Below are positions 10,637 through 20,934 of a stretch of DNA of 64,000 nucleotides, in pieces. The stretch's first letter is position 1, and every line of letters starts with the position of its first letter. The stretch comes from Rebecca billardiae RCC1528 (Eukaryota > Protista > Haptophyta): NCBI GenBank assembly GCA_965240325.2, contig OZ251236.1, positions 1,798,001 through 1,862,000 of the forward strand. Direction: 5' to 3'. Position numbers and translations under genes: made by a program. The notes below the pieces were generated by a model. That model saw nothing but the letters and a program-made list of their open reading frames with translations, was not told the origin of the DNA and did no database searches.

Positions 10637-11207
10637 GCACCCCAGCGCGCCGCGCTGGCCGCGCGCACCAACGCGGGGGGCGCGGCCGCAGGGGCGAGGC
10701 GCGCATGCAGCACGTGCGCGGCCGCCCGCCGCTCGCGCGGGCGCGCCCCCCCCGGTGACTGGGCACGTGCACGCGCCCGAGCGAGGCCCGTGCGCCGCAC
10801 GGTCGCCACGCCGGCACGCGCCGAGCCAGAGGCCTGAGCCCGATCACCGGCCGCCGAGGGCTTGCCACGCATTGGGCAGCGCTGCGCTCGTCACGCGCTG
10901 GACTTGGCCATGCGGGGCACGGTGCCGCCACGGCCACGTCTGATCACGGCGCTGGCCTCAGTCAGGGTCCTGCCACTGAGGCCTTAATGGCGAAGCCGTC
11001 CGATCCGGCGGCTCTGCAGCCCGGCCGCGGCTCGATGACTGCACCGGACGTCTGCACCCGTCGCCGTCGGCGTCAAAAATAACGCCGTGACCAAGTCTTG
11101 ACTGACTTGCCGACTACTCCCGTGACGAGGCATCACGACGGCGTCACTACTAGTCGTCACTACTCACTACCGCTTGACCGGCACTGATGGGCAATGACGA
11201 GGCCCAG

Positions 11208-13160
11208 TAGGTGGGTCCCTGGCGATTTTCCAGCGGTCTTTTAAACATTTACCGTGTTTTATGGCCGGATTTCTTTTCGCGCGGGGCGCGGCTCGGGAAA
11301 ATCGCCGGGCCGCCGGCCGGGGTCCCGATCTGAACGCTCCCGACGATGTCGGAGCGCCTCTCCAGCGCGACCGAGCCGCCGTGTGTCGGGTAGACTACTG
11401 CCAACACCTATCGCGCGCTCCAGCGCTTTGCGCGTGCTCACGGATGGGATCCGTGGTCACACATCCCCCGCCTGGCACGGGCCGGCATGTTTGACTCTCG
11501 CCCGGCTAGACGCGTACAGACAACTTGAATCGATCGGCAGGTGTTCGACCCGTGCCTTCGAGCAGGGTCACTTTTCGCTACAAGCGGGTCAGGCGACGGG
11601 AGGCATGGGTCACCATCAGGCATGTGCATACGCTTGACGCTCCCGCCATCTTGAGCAGCTCTACGCACCGTGAAGGTGACAATTGGGCTGCGCGCAAGCT
11701 GCTCGTGAGAACGCACGACAGCCAGCCCCGGGCTCTCGGGGAGCCATGTGAGCGATTGGCGACTTCCGAGAGGGCGTGTTTGGTGGGGGTTGGTACCAAT
11801 AATCGACCAGCAGGCCTGGGATGGGTGCACTGAGGACTTGGGATGCTAAGAAGCCGCCGCGATGTGCATCGAGCACGCTGACTTGCCATCCGTGTGCACG
11901 ATCAAGCGCCAGGAAGATCAGCAGGGCCTTTGACAGCGGCAGCAGGCGCTCAGCGATCCTTCCCTATGCCGAGTGTGGGCATAATATGCGGTGCTCGAGC
12001 GTGGTCGCAGGATATGGGTCCATTCTTGACAGAACTCGGTCGCGTTGACAGGCGCGGGTGCCACCCCACGCTGTTGCTCCTGCCATCGGGTGGTCCCACT
12101 CGTTCCGCTTGTTATCTGCGAAGACTCGTACTCAGCAAATCTACGGCTAGGCGTGGTAGACCCCTCAGACACATGTCTGATGATTGCCCGGCACGTTCTC
12201 GTCGTCACGTTGGGTGTACTTGAGCGAGCGGAAGCCGCAACGTGATGGCTAGGCCAGCAGCTCAACCATCTGACGTCTCGCCGGCCAACTGGCTGAGTGC
12301 TCTCAGCCTAGCAGCAGCGTCGGTGAACCTATCGTATTGCTGCCTGGCAAGAAGATTGTAGGAGGTATCGTCCACGGCATGGGCTGCAGCTGCGGTAGTC
12401 GTGGACTGGTGGCGGCCTCACGCGGGTGGGCATACGACGACCGGTGACACGCTGAGTACGAGCACGGAAGCCGCCGAGCGCGGCAAGCTCCGGCGGTGGC
12501 GTTGGCTGATAGTCCAGCCTCGACGGCGGAGGGCTCCCGTGTGACGACGGTGACATGCTCGGTGGCGGGCGATGATGCGTGCCTCGGCACGCAGCCCGCC
12601 ACAAACACTGCCACTCGCAGGCAGTCCCGTTGCGGCCCGGTTTGCCTGTGTCCGCGTCGCTCGGCGCCTATTCGATGACCCAACAAACGTACCCACATAT
12701 AGGAACGAATTTGAATATATAGTGAGCCACATCCATGGTCAATATAAAGTGGGTAACCGTCGTTATATATACGGGTAATTGGCTATATACAAAGTGGGTA
12801 ATCTGCTCGATCTTGCTGTAGTTTGTTGGAGGTATCCGCGCACAGCATAGAGCCCCACTCTTTGCTTCATAAAATGGTTCGGTCGGGTGTCAACGGTTGC
12901 CAATAAGTCATTCCGATCGCATGTCGCCATCTAGCCACCATAACCATCAAGTAACGCTTCGCAAAATCTCTATGTGACACTAGTGGCGCGGCGCGCGCGC
13001 GCTCGGCCGCGCGACGGCACGCGGAGTAGGATTTGAGGTCGAAACTTTTGCTCCGCCCCGATGGGACGCATTTATAGCGTCGATTCTGGGTGAGAGACGA
13101 AATCTAGGACGCCATTCTGAGTGCGCCAGAATATCGCCCCAGTTGGGAGGGACCCACCTA
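11208..13160. mobile_element. Non-autonomous/degenerate TIR DNA transposon (~1.95 kb, hAT-like termini)
   Basis: Perfect 13-bp TIR TAGGTGGGTCCCT (11208-11220) / AGGGACCCACCTA (13148-13160). Flanking direct repeat GGCCCAG at 11201-11207 and 13161-13167. Interior has lower GC and no recognisable ORF. Confidence 0.8.
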
Positions 13161-13439
13161 GGCCCAGGTCCAGGACGATATATGTTACCGGACTACTACT
13201 ACGACGACTATGTCTATCTGAAAGGCTATGAGTATGACTATATATATATATACTGCGGCTTATCTACTCGCGTCGCCCGTATTCCGTACTGACTCGCAGT
13301 ACTAGCTCGGCCGCGCGGATGACTGACAACTCGCGTCCGGCGACTCCGTCATCCGAGAGTCCGAGACTCAACGTCACGACCATAACTCATAAGGTCCAGC
13401 GCGGTCACCGCGTGCGTCGTCAGGAGTGTTGCCAGAGCA

Positions 13440-14231
13440 GCAGTTCACCTGAGTCCTGACATGTCGTCACGGGCCTCGCCTGACAATCATCATCTAGCTA
13501 GGACACCTGTCAGCTGACTCGGACAGGCAGACGGTTGCCTGACGGCTGACCGCCTGACTCTGAGTCACACTGACAGTGTCAGGACTCAGGTGGCCGCCTG
13601 ACACCGTGTCAGGTGACCCACCTGACACTGTCAGGCGGCTCATCTCGCCTCACGCCTGCCGACAGGCTGACACTAGCTGTCAGCCGACCGCACTCGCCGG
13701 CACGCCTGACAGGCTGACACGTGTCAGCCAGCTGTCAGCCGTCGGCTGACAAGTGCCAGCCCGGCTGACAGTCACTCCTACTCGGCCGGCGCGGCGCACG
13801 AAGCGGCCACCGCGCCGCAGCGCGCGGCCGCGCGCCGGTCGCCGCCGCGGGCTACGCGCCGCGTCAGCACTGTAACGGTCTGATGTCGGAGCGCCGAAGA
13901 GACTAAGCAGACCCGCGACGGCCGGCGGGTGGCGGCTGGGCCGCGCTGGCGGGCGCCGGGCCGCCCCGGCCGGGGCCCGCGCCCGGCCCCGCCGGCGCCG
14001 CCGCCCGGCCGTAGTCGGCTGACAGTCAGCCGACACGGCTCGGACGTGTCAGCCGGCAGCACCCTGACAGCCACCTGACCGCCTGACAGTGTCAGGTGGC
14101 CGCCTGACAGTGTCAGGTGACCCACCTGACACTGTCAGGCAGCCCATCTCGCCACTCGCCTGACAGGCTGACACGTGTCAGGTCGTGTCAGTGTCAGATG
14201 TCAGGTGGCCCTCCGCTGTCAGGTGAACTGC
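13440..14231. mobile_element. MITE-like element with 13-bp TIR and arrays of palindromic CCTGACA(G/C)TGTCAGG motifs
   Basis: GCAGTTCACCTGA (13440-13452) / TCAGGTGAACTGC (14219-14231). Internal ~60-bp direct repeat at ~13587 and ~14093. GC-rich core. No TSD seen. Confidence 0.6.
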
Positions 14232-14929
14232 CCTGCGTGACACTATTACTCGGAGTCAGCATACTTACTGTCCGATCATGCCGTCAGCCGAGCCGCCGGG
14301 TCACGGATCACTGTGACTGTCCGCGGCGAGGCTCAGGCTGCGCGGACCGCGCGCCCGACCCGATTCATCGTCGTCGACGATTTCGGATACTGAAGAATAA
14401 TAATCGATTTCGTCCCCGGCGGAGCGGCAGTCGTAGCGCCGGGGCCCGCACCGACACCGTCGCGGCACCGTCGTGTCCGTCGTCATCACCGTGCCCGTGG
14501 GCCCGGTGGGCCGCACGCATCAGTTCGGCCCGACGGCGGAGATATATTGGCTATATCGCGGGGCCACGGTCACGGTGACCGGCGGGCCAGCGGTGTCGCC
14601 AGCAGGCAGCAGGCAGCAGGACCGCCGTCGGACTGGGAGTTCTCGGCCCGGGGCCGCCGGCAGCCGCGCGAATGCTCAATGCACGGCCAGTGATGAGTAA
14701 CTATACTAATAACTGATGCCCTGGCTGATGCGGTGACTCGGGCCCGTCTGCGGGCCCGTGCGGACGGTGCCGCCCTGTCCGCCCTGGGTCAGTCCTGACT
14801 CGGTCAGTCGGTGACTGACGTCGTATAAGTGCGGCCCGCGCAGAGACTCGCGGTGAGAGCCACTGGCACTGATAATGACGATACTGATGTATATATATAT
14901 AGTTCATAGTCGTAGTGAATAAAGCAGTA

Positions 14930-14932
<3 letters not shown>

Positions 14933-14975
<43 letters not shown>

Positions 14976-15130
14976 TCACGACTGAACCGTTACCGCGTGA
15001 CTGATCATGACGATGTCTCGTCGGATGAGTAGTATAGTCGTAGTCTGATCATCTGCTGATTGACGACTACACGCTGCATGCCGTGACTGCGCGCGGCGGT
15101 CCGGCGGATTCAATAAGTTATCAAGATATG

Positions 15131-15168
<38 letters not shown>
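14933..15168. repeat. Two (TA)n microsatellites (14933-14972; ~15131-15168)
   Basis: Dinucleotide runs. Confidence 0.9.
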
Positions 15169-15435
15169 TGAGCGACTACGCCAGGTTATCAGCATGACGA
15201 CGACGCGCCGCGTCGCCGTCATCATCACTCATCACTGACACTCGTCACGTAGTGATCGATGAGACTCAAGATAGCTCGGACCCATATGATTAAATAATTA
15301 TAAGCGCAGTCGTCAGCAAATAGCAGCGCGCTGAAGTTACCATCATCGCCATCGGATTCGGTGCCGCGTCAGATGGCCGCAGGCCGCGCCGAGCAGCAGG
15401 GCGAGGCCCCGTCACCACCAACGGCTGCGTCGCAC

Positions 15436-16302
15436 TCACGCAAACCGTGCGTCCCAGTCAACGAGAGCACGCGTGAAGAGCGCATACGCCGCGCGCCACG
15501 GCTGGCCGGAGAGCTCGTCGAAGAGCGCGATGTTGAGAGCAAACACGGCATTCGCCTCGTCCACAATCGCCTGCTGCGCCGACTCGTCGAGGCCGAGAGT
15601 GTTGAGCTGGCCATACCAGCTCTCGATGAATGTCTTGATATCTCCGACATCGTCAAATGCGTAGAAGTAAGTGCCGCGCCCGTCGCTCGGCAGCTTGAGC
15701 GAGCGGCGCGCCATGCCCGCCATCATCTGCCCGCCAAAGAGGTCGCCCAGGTAGCGCGTGTACTGGTGGCCGATCAGCAGCCACGGCCGATCGCTGCTGG
15801 CGATCGCGCGAATACGCGCCACGTACGCGCGCGTCGCTGCAGTCGGCTGCACGCGCTCGCGCCAGTCGGCCCCATGCAAGTACTCCATGTCCTTTGCGAG
15901 TGCGGCGGATCGGCGCAGCTCGGGCATGTCGAGCGCGCGCACGTGCGGGTCGTCCGTGGTGTCGAACGCGCGCTCCATCTCCTCGTAAACGAAGGCGAGC
16001 GAGGCGACGAGCTGAGCAAACGCCTCCTGGGTCGCAATGCCGCGGAAGAAGCCGCTGACAAAGGCCGTGTTCTCGGCGATCGAGTGGCTCTTGCGCGTGC
16101 CGTCGTCCAGCTTGAGCGCCAGGCCCCACTCGCGCGCGGAGCGCGCCTCCTTGGCGGGAGGAGCGGACGTTGGTGACTCGGTAGTGACCATCATGACCTT
16201 TGAGCTGGGCGCGATGGACACTGCCCTCGCCCCAGACGCGAGGCCAGCGCTGCGCAGCGTCGGGCCGGCGAGCGCTAGGCTCGACACAACGACGGCCAGC
16301 AT
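15436..16302 (-). CDS. HO1: Plastid-targeted heme oxygenase (ferredoxin-dependent, cyanobacterial/algal HO1 type)
   Basis: LDDGTRKSHSIAENTAFV (proximal His), ELRRSAALAKDM, LLIGHQYTRYLGDLFGGQ, IVDEANAVFALNIALF. Leader MLAVVVSSLALA is followed by a Ser/Ala/Arg-rich segment. Confidence 0.93.
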   Translation of the reverse strand: MLAVVVSSLALAGPTLRSAGLASGARAVSIAPSSKVMMVTTESPTSAPPAKEARSAREWGLALKLDDGTRKSHSIAENTAFVSGFFRGIATQEAFAQLVASLAFVYEEMERAFDTTDDPHVRALDMPELRRSAALAKDMEYLHGADWRERVQPTAATRAYVARIRAIASSDRPWLLIGHQYTRYLGDLFGGQMMAGMARRSLKLPSDGRGTYFYAFDDVGDIKTFIESWYGQLNTLGLDESAQQAIVDEANAVFALNIALFDELSGQPWRAAYALFTRALVDWDARFA

Positions 16303-16926
16303 GCTGAAGCTTCGAGGACGTGAGCCGGTGAGCTTCTTCGATTCCGCCCCGATGTTTGCCCGCCATTTTTTGACCGCGCGGCTTTTTTCCCGCCGCCAAT
16401 CCGGATTCCAGGCTCGGCAGCCAGCGGCAGCGGCTCTGACCCTCCCCGGACTGGCAGACGGTAATGTACGGGAATACATGCAGTAACTACTTACTACACT
16501 GATGGTGTGGTTCCTAGTTACTACTACTGTATGATCTAGCTAGGTTGTCCTATTTCTATGCCCAACCGCACGCACAGGGCCAGGCGCTGAGAGCCCTGCC
16601 TGCCACTGCCTCGCCGCAAGAGGGCCGCGCACCTGCGTGTCAGTCACGCGGACACGTGGGTGCCTGGGCTGGTGTCATCGGAGGTGTCCGCCGGTCCAAC
16701 CTTGGCCCGGCTGGCCGCGCCGCCGATCGTCAGCCGAAAGATGGTCGTGGGACATGGGCTGTGCGAGTGGGAGCATGTGGGGTGCACCGTGCTCGCAAGC
16801 GCCCTTGCCCTTGACGCGGCCCCATCGAGGCCCCAGAGGCCGCACGATTCTCGCTGCCACGCCGTGGTACGCAGGCGGCGTGCTCCCTGGCAGTCAGCGC
16901 TGGCCATCCGCCGAGGCGCGCGGCGC

Positions 16927-17652
16927 TCACGATAGCAGCTGCACCAGCATGTCCTCGATCTCGTCGACGGACTCGCACGCGTGGGCGAAGAGCACGCGCT
17001 TTTCGCGCACCTCGCACCCCTCGTCCTCCATCTGGCACACGATCGTCTCGATCGTGAAGCCCTTCGCGTCGAGCTCGGTGGCGCGCACGCGCTCGATCAC
17101 CTCGTCCGGGGAGAGCATCTGCCCCTGCTGCTCGAGCACGTACACCTCGAGGTGCGTGTTGAACTGGGTGTTGAGCTGGGAGAGGATCGCGTTGACGGAC
17201 GAGCCGCTCACGGGGGCCGGCGCGGCCTCCTCCTCGCGCAGCTGCGCCATCTCGTGCAGCTGCGAGCGCACGCTGTCCTCGCCGTCGCACGGCCGCTTGA
17301 ACACGATCGGCATCGAGACGGCGACGCACGTGTCCGAGGAGACGTCACACAGCACCTCCTCGATGATGACGCCCTCGTCGTCGATCGAGGCGATTTTCGC
17401 CCCGGCGAGCTCCTGCTTCGTGAAGTCCACATCCGCAGTGTGCTGCAGCGCGATCTGCCTCACGTCGGCCGCGTGCTCGTCGTTGTATTCTCGCGCGATG
17501 TCATCGTACGTGCGCTTCAGCGCGACCGTCGCGCGTGTGGCTGCCCGCGCGCGCCAGTGAGGGGTGACACGGAAAGCCGACAGGCCCGCGGTGTGCACAG
17601 CCGCCCCCGCGGCGAGAGAAAGCAACGGCAACACGCGCGCAACGGCGCGCAT
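16927..17652 (-). CDS. Probable plastid protein with two tandem DUF2470-like domains
   Basis: Signal peptide then AF motif. YNDEHAADV...AKIASIDDEG...IVFKRPC...LHEM and a second copy LNTQF...RATELDAKGF...VLFAHAC...MLVQL match the DUF2470 pattern. Alternative ATG at 17673. Confidence 0.65.
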   Translation of the reverse strand: MRAVARVLPLLSLAAGAAVHTAGLSAFRVTPHWRARAATRATVALKRTYDDIAREYNDEHAADVRQIALQHTADVDFTKQELAGAKIASIDDEGVIIEEVLCDVSSDTCVAVSMPIVFKRPCDGEDSVRSQLHEMAQLREEEAAPAPVSGSSVNAILSQLNTQFNTHLEVYVLEQQGQMLSPDEVIERVRATELDAKGFTIETIVCQMEDEGCEVREKRVLFAHACESVDEIEDMLVQLLS

Positions 17653-17851
17653 CGCCGTTGGACCACGCCGCATCACCCTTCACGCGCAGACGCGCTCGGT
17701 GGAATCGTGCCCGTTCGCATCACGCGCCTCCGATGCAGGGGCTCCGATTGGTCCGCTTACACATTGCTATGAAGGGCGGAAATTACTACCTTTTACTTGT
17801 ACTTGGGGCTGAGATTCAGATTCTTAACTGCAGTTGTGAGCAGCGGTTAGG

Positions 17852-18763
17852 ATGGCGGCCGCCACGCGCCCGGAGCCCATTCGGGTCCACCAGCTCTTCA
17901 CGACGGCAGTCCACCGCGGCGATGCGGCCAAGGTTCGCGAGATGCTCTCCCACGGCGCGAGCGCCTCGGCCGCCAACGAATACGGCATGACCCCGCTCCA
18001 CTGGGCCGTCGATCTCGGCCACGCCGAGGTGGTCGAGATCTTGTGCGCTCACGGCGCGTCGTGCAAATCGGCAAACGCGAGTGGGGACTCGCCGCTGCAC
18101 ATCGCCGTGCGCGGGGGAGACGCCGATCTGGCTGACATACTCCTGAGCCACGGGGCGAACGCGCTCCAGGCCAACCGCGACGGCCTCTCCGCCCTCGACC
18201 TCCTCGACGGCCTGGAGGGCGAGGAGCGGTACGAGATGGGCCAGCTGCTGCAGCATCACGTGGGCGACGCCGGCCGCGCGCGGGTCGTCGAGGCGCTGGA
18301 CAGCACCGTGGTCGACACCGCCGCCATGGCCATGGCAGCCCTCGCGGCGCCATCGGGCGCCGGGCCCGCGCCAAACCAGCGCACAGAGGCAGTGCCTCAG
18401 ACGGTGGCCCCGAGCGCGCGCCCGCATGCTGGTGACGGCCTGTCGGTGCGACGCTACCAGACGCCACAGGGTATGGCCGTCGCGGTCGGCACGGACGATG
18501 ACGACGGGAGCTACCACTCCATCATTACGCTCGGGCCGGACGGCCCCAAGATCGTGCGCGCGATTGCGGTGGGTGACGACGAGCCTGGCGCCGCGGCTGG
18601 CGGCCCACTGACAGCAGCAGGAGCCATTGACGCCACCGCCCCCGCGCAGCTGTCTGGCCTCGTCTCGGAGGGGGCTGGAGGGGGCGCCGGCGAGCTCGTG
18701 CGAATTGGCCGTCCACTGACCGTTCCAGCCCCGCCCCCCGACAACGTGTTCCGCGACCCGTGA
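17852..18763 (+). CDS. Ankyrin-repeat protein
   Basis: GMTPLHWAV, GDSPLHIAV, LLSHGAN, GLSALDL. Confidence 0.88.
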   Translation: MAAATRPEPIRVHQLFTTAVHRGDAAKVREMLSHGASASAANEYGMTPLHWAVDLGHAEVVEILCAHGASCKSANASGDSPLHIAVRGGDADLADILLSHGANALQANRDGLSALDLLDGLEGEERYEMGQLLQHHVGDAGRARVVEALDSTVVDTAAMAMAALAAPSGAGPAPNQRTEAVPQTVAPSARPHAGDGLSVRRYQTPQGMAVAVGTDDDDGSYHSIITLGPDGPKIVRAIAVGDDEPGAAAGGPLTAAGAIDATAPAQLSGLVSEGAGGGAGELVRIGRPLTVPAPPPDNVFRDP

Positions 18764-19050
18764 GCTCATCAGCCACCATCAATCACATCGTCAAGTGCGG
18801 GATCGGGCGTGATGACGACATATGACACGGGGATGCGGCAGATGGCCGGCCGATCGAGCCCGCCGGCCTGACGTCTGCCTCGTCGGCTGATGCTGACGCT
18901 ATAATTATAGGGGTGTATATATGTGTATATAAATATATACATATATATAAATATAATAAAGCTATATACTAGTAGTCGTTGAATATATACTTGTCGTCCG
19001 GCGGTACTCGTACTACCCGCCATCACGTCGCGAGGTGGTTCGTCGTCCAG

Positions 19051-20745
19051 TTAAATACTACTACGCGCCAATCCATCGGTAGCAGCTCTCCACGCGCGGA
19101 AGACGAGCGTTCTGAAGAGGTTGAAAGCGTCGCAGTCGTACGCGCCACAGTCAGCGCGCGCGTACACAAAGCGTTGAGCTGCGCGGTGCAGCGCACGCCG
19201 CATGTGCATCACGCGTGAGCCTGGCTTGTCTCCGTCCGCGGCGAACGCAAGGAGCTCGTGGATCCACACGCTCGAATTGAGACGTGCCGTGTCCGAAGCG
19301 TCGATTGTGAGCGAGAAGGCCGAATAGTCGAGCGTGCCGGTTGAGGACGAAGCCTTGGCAGCCTGAGCTCCTGGCCACGGCTCAAACCATGGCCAGAATG
19401 TCGGCTTTGGCGGATACTTCCGGTGACCGTTGTTGACCAAGACGGGAATGCAGCCTGCAAGAACAGCGACGTAGAAGTGCGACCGGTCGAGCGAGTCGCC
19501 TGGGGGCTCGATACAAAAGATTGCGCGCGCAGAGTCATCATACACGCCACGCCCTTCCATGGCCCAATTGGCGCCAGCGCTCGAGCTGGATCGTGAGTTG
19601 GGCTCGACAGCAGCTCGGAATACGCAACGCACCATACGCCGGTGGTTGCACTTGCCACCTGCCCGCCTGAGCGCTGCGACGAGATACTTGCGCGCGAACT
19701 GCCCTTCTGGGTCGTCCTTTCCTGCGTGTGCTGTGTACAGCACAGCCAGCGGTCTGCTCTGCCGCGACGGGTGCTTGGTCCAGTCCACTGAGCGCTCGAC
19801 GCCAGTCGAATAGGGGAGCGTGCAGAGCACCGGGCCTCCGAACGTGCTGACGGGGGGACTGCTGCCCGCGCGCACAGCGTCTGCAGCTGCCTCACGTCGT
19901 CGCACCTCTTCCTCAGCACAGTCGCTCCATCCTGGAGCAGCGCCGCCGAGGTGGTCACGCAGCGAGTACTGAACATTCGAGATCGCAGTGCCGATGACGA
20001 ACCTGTCCTTGATCCGCTGCGGCAGTCGCGCAAAGAGCCGCGCGTTCTTGTGCATCCGTCTCCAAAACCACGGCTCGGTCTCCGTGACCACGACCGTAGG
20101 CGGAGGCTGCCCTGGCCCCCTGCGCTGTTCTGCCAGGGTGACCGTCCTGTGCACATGCCCCCAAAATGAGCGGTAGAGCCGGGTGGTCAGGCATTGGTCC
20201 CACTGCACCCGCCGCCCTCCCAACGCAAGCACGTGCGCTCGTAGTGACGGCACGACAAGGACATCCGCTGCGCACGGCGGCATGGGGTGAGGCCCACAGA
20301 TGGGGGCCTGCTGCAACCAACGGGAGAGCACGTGCAGCTCATTCGCATGCGGCTCGAACGAGTGCGCAGGCGGGAACCGATTCGAGTGTAGGCACAACTC
20401 GGGCGCCTCCAAGCCGGGCGCAAAGAGGCCGCCGGATGCACAGAGCCGATGGGTGGCGTTGAAGAGCGAGGCTGGGCTCAGCACGGTGGCGTTCAGCTCG
20501 ACCAGGCTCGGGATGCTGCCAGCGCGGCGCGAGGCCGAAGGAGCCCGTGGCGAGAGCGGAGTGCACGCAAGCCCGCTCTTGGCGTCATCGTCGAGGATGG
20601 AGCGGAAAAGCTCGACCACCTCTACTCGAGGCGTGCGCTCGTCTTTCCCCACGTACATCCATGAAAGGACGTGAGAGCCCAGGCCGAGGAGAACCCAGGA
20701 CATCGGCGGCATCGCCCGATCGCCGGGTATTCGCGAACAGCGCAT
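19051..20745 (-). CDS. Exostosin-family (GT47) glycosyltransferase
   Basis: N-terminal hydrophobic anchor, ADVLVVP, AIFCIEPPGDSLDRSHFYVAVLAGCIPV, C-terminal DAF motif. Start may be the Met at 20712. Confidence 0.85.
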   Translation of the reverse strand: MRCSRIPGDRAMPPMSWVLLGLGSHVLSWMYVGKDERTPRVEVVELFRSILDDDAKSGLACTPLSPRAPSASRRAGSIPSLVELNATVLSPASLFNATHRLCASGGLFAPGLEAPELCLHSNRFPPAHSFEPHANELHVLSRWLQQAPICGPHPMPPCAADVLVVPSLRAHVLALGGRRVQWDQCLTTRLYRSFWGHVHRTVTLAEQRRGPGQPPPTVVVTETEPWFWRRMHKNARLFARLPQRIKDRFVIGTAISNVQYSLRDHLGGAAPGWSDCAEEEVRRREAAADAVRAGSSPPVSTFGGPVLCTLPYSTGVERSVDWTKHPSRQSRPLAVLYTAHAGKDDPEGQFARKYLVAALRRAGGKCNHRRMVRCVFRAAVEPNSRSSSSAGANWAMEGRGVYDDSARAIFCIEPPGDSLDRSHFYVAVLAGCIPVLVNNGHRKYPPKPTFWPWFEPWPGAQAAKASSSTGTLDYSAFSLTIDASDTARLNSSVWIHELLAFAADGDKPGSRVMHMRRALHRAAQRFVYARADCGAYDCDAFNLFRTLVFRAWRAATDGLARSSI

Positions 20746-20934
20746 GCATTAATAGTTTTACTGCAGGATGCGAACCGGTACGACAGTTTTAAATTCCCCT
20801 TTATAACGGGCTCCGGGTGATCAGACTGGCGGCCGAAGCCTCCAGCCCTACCCTGGCCAGCCCCATCCGCACGAAGTCGTCGTGACTCGTGACGACCGGA
20901 CAGGGAGTCGTGACTGCTCACGTGCATCTTCATC

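Noticed and set aside
11254-12778. Short ORFs inside the TIR element as a transposase
   Set aside because: No DDE, BED-finger or hAT dimerisation motif could be recognised.
13440-14231. CRISPR-like array of palindromic repeats
   Set aside because: No regular repeat-spacer period, no cas genes, eukaryotic context.
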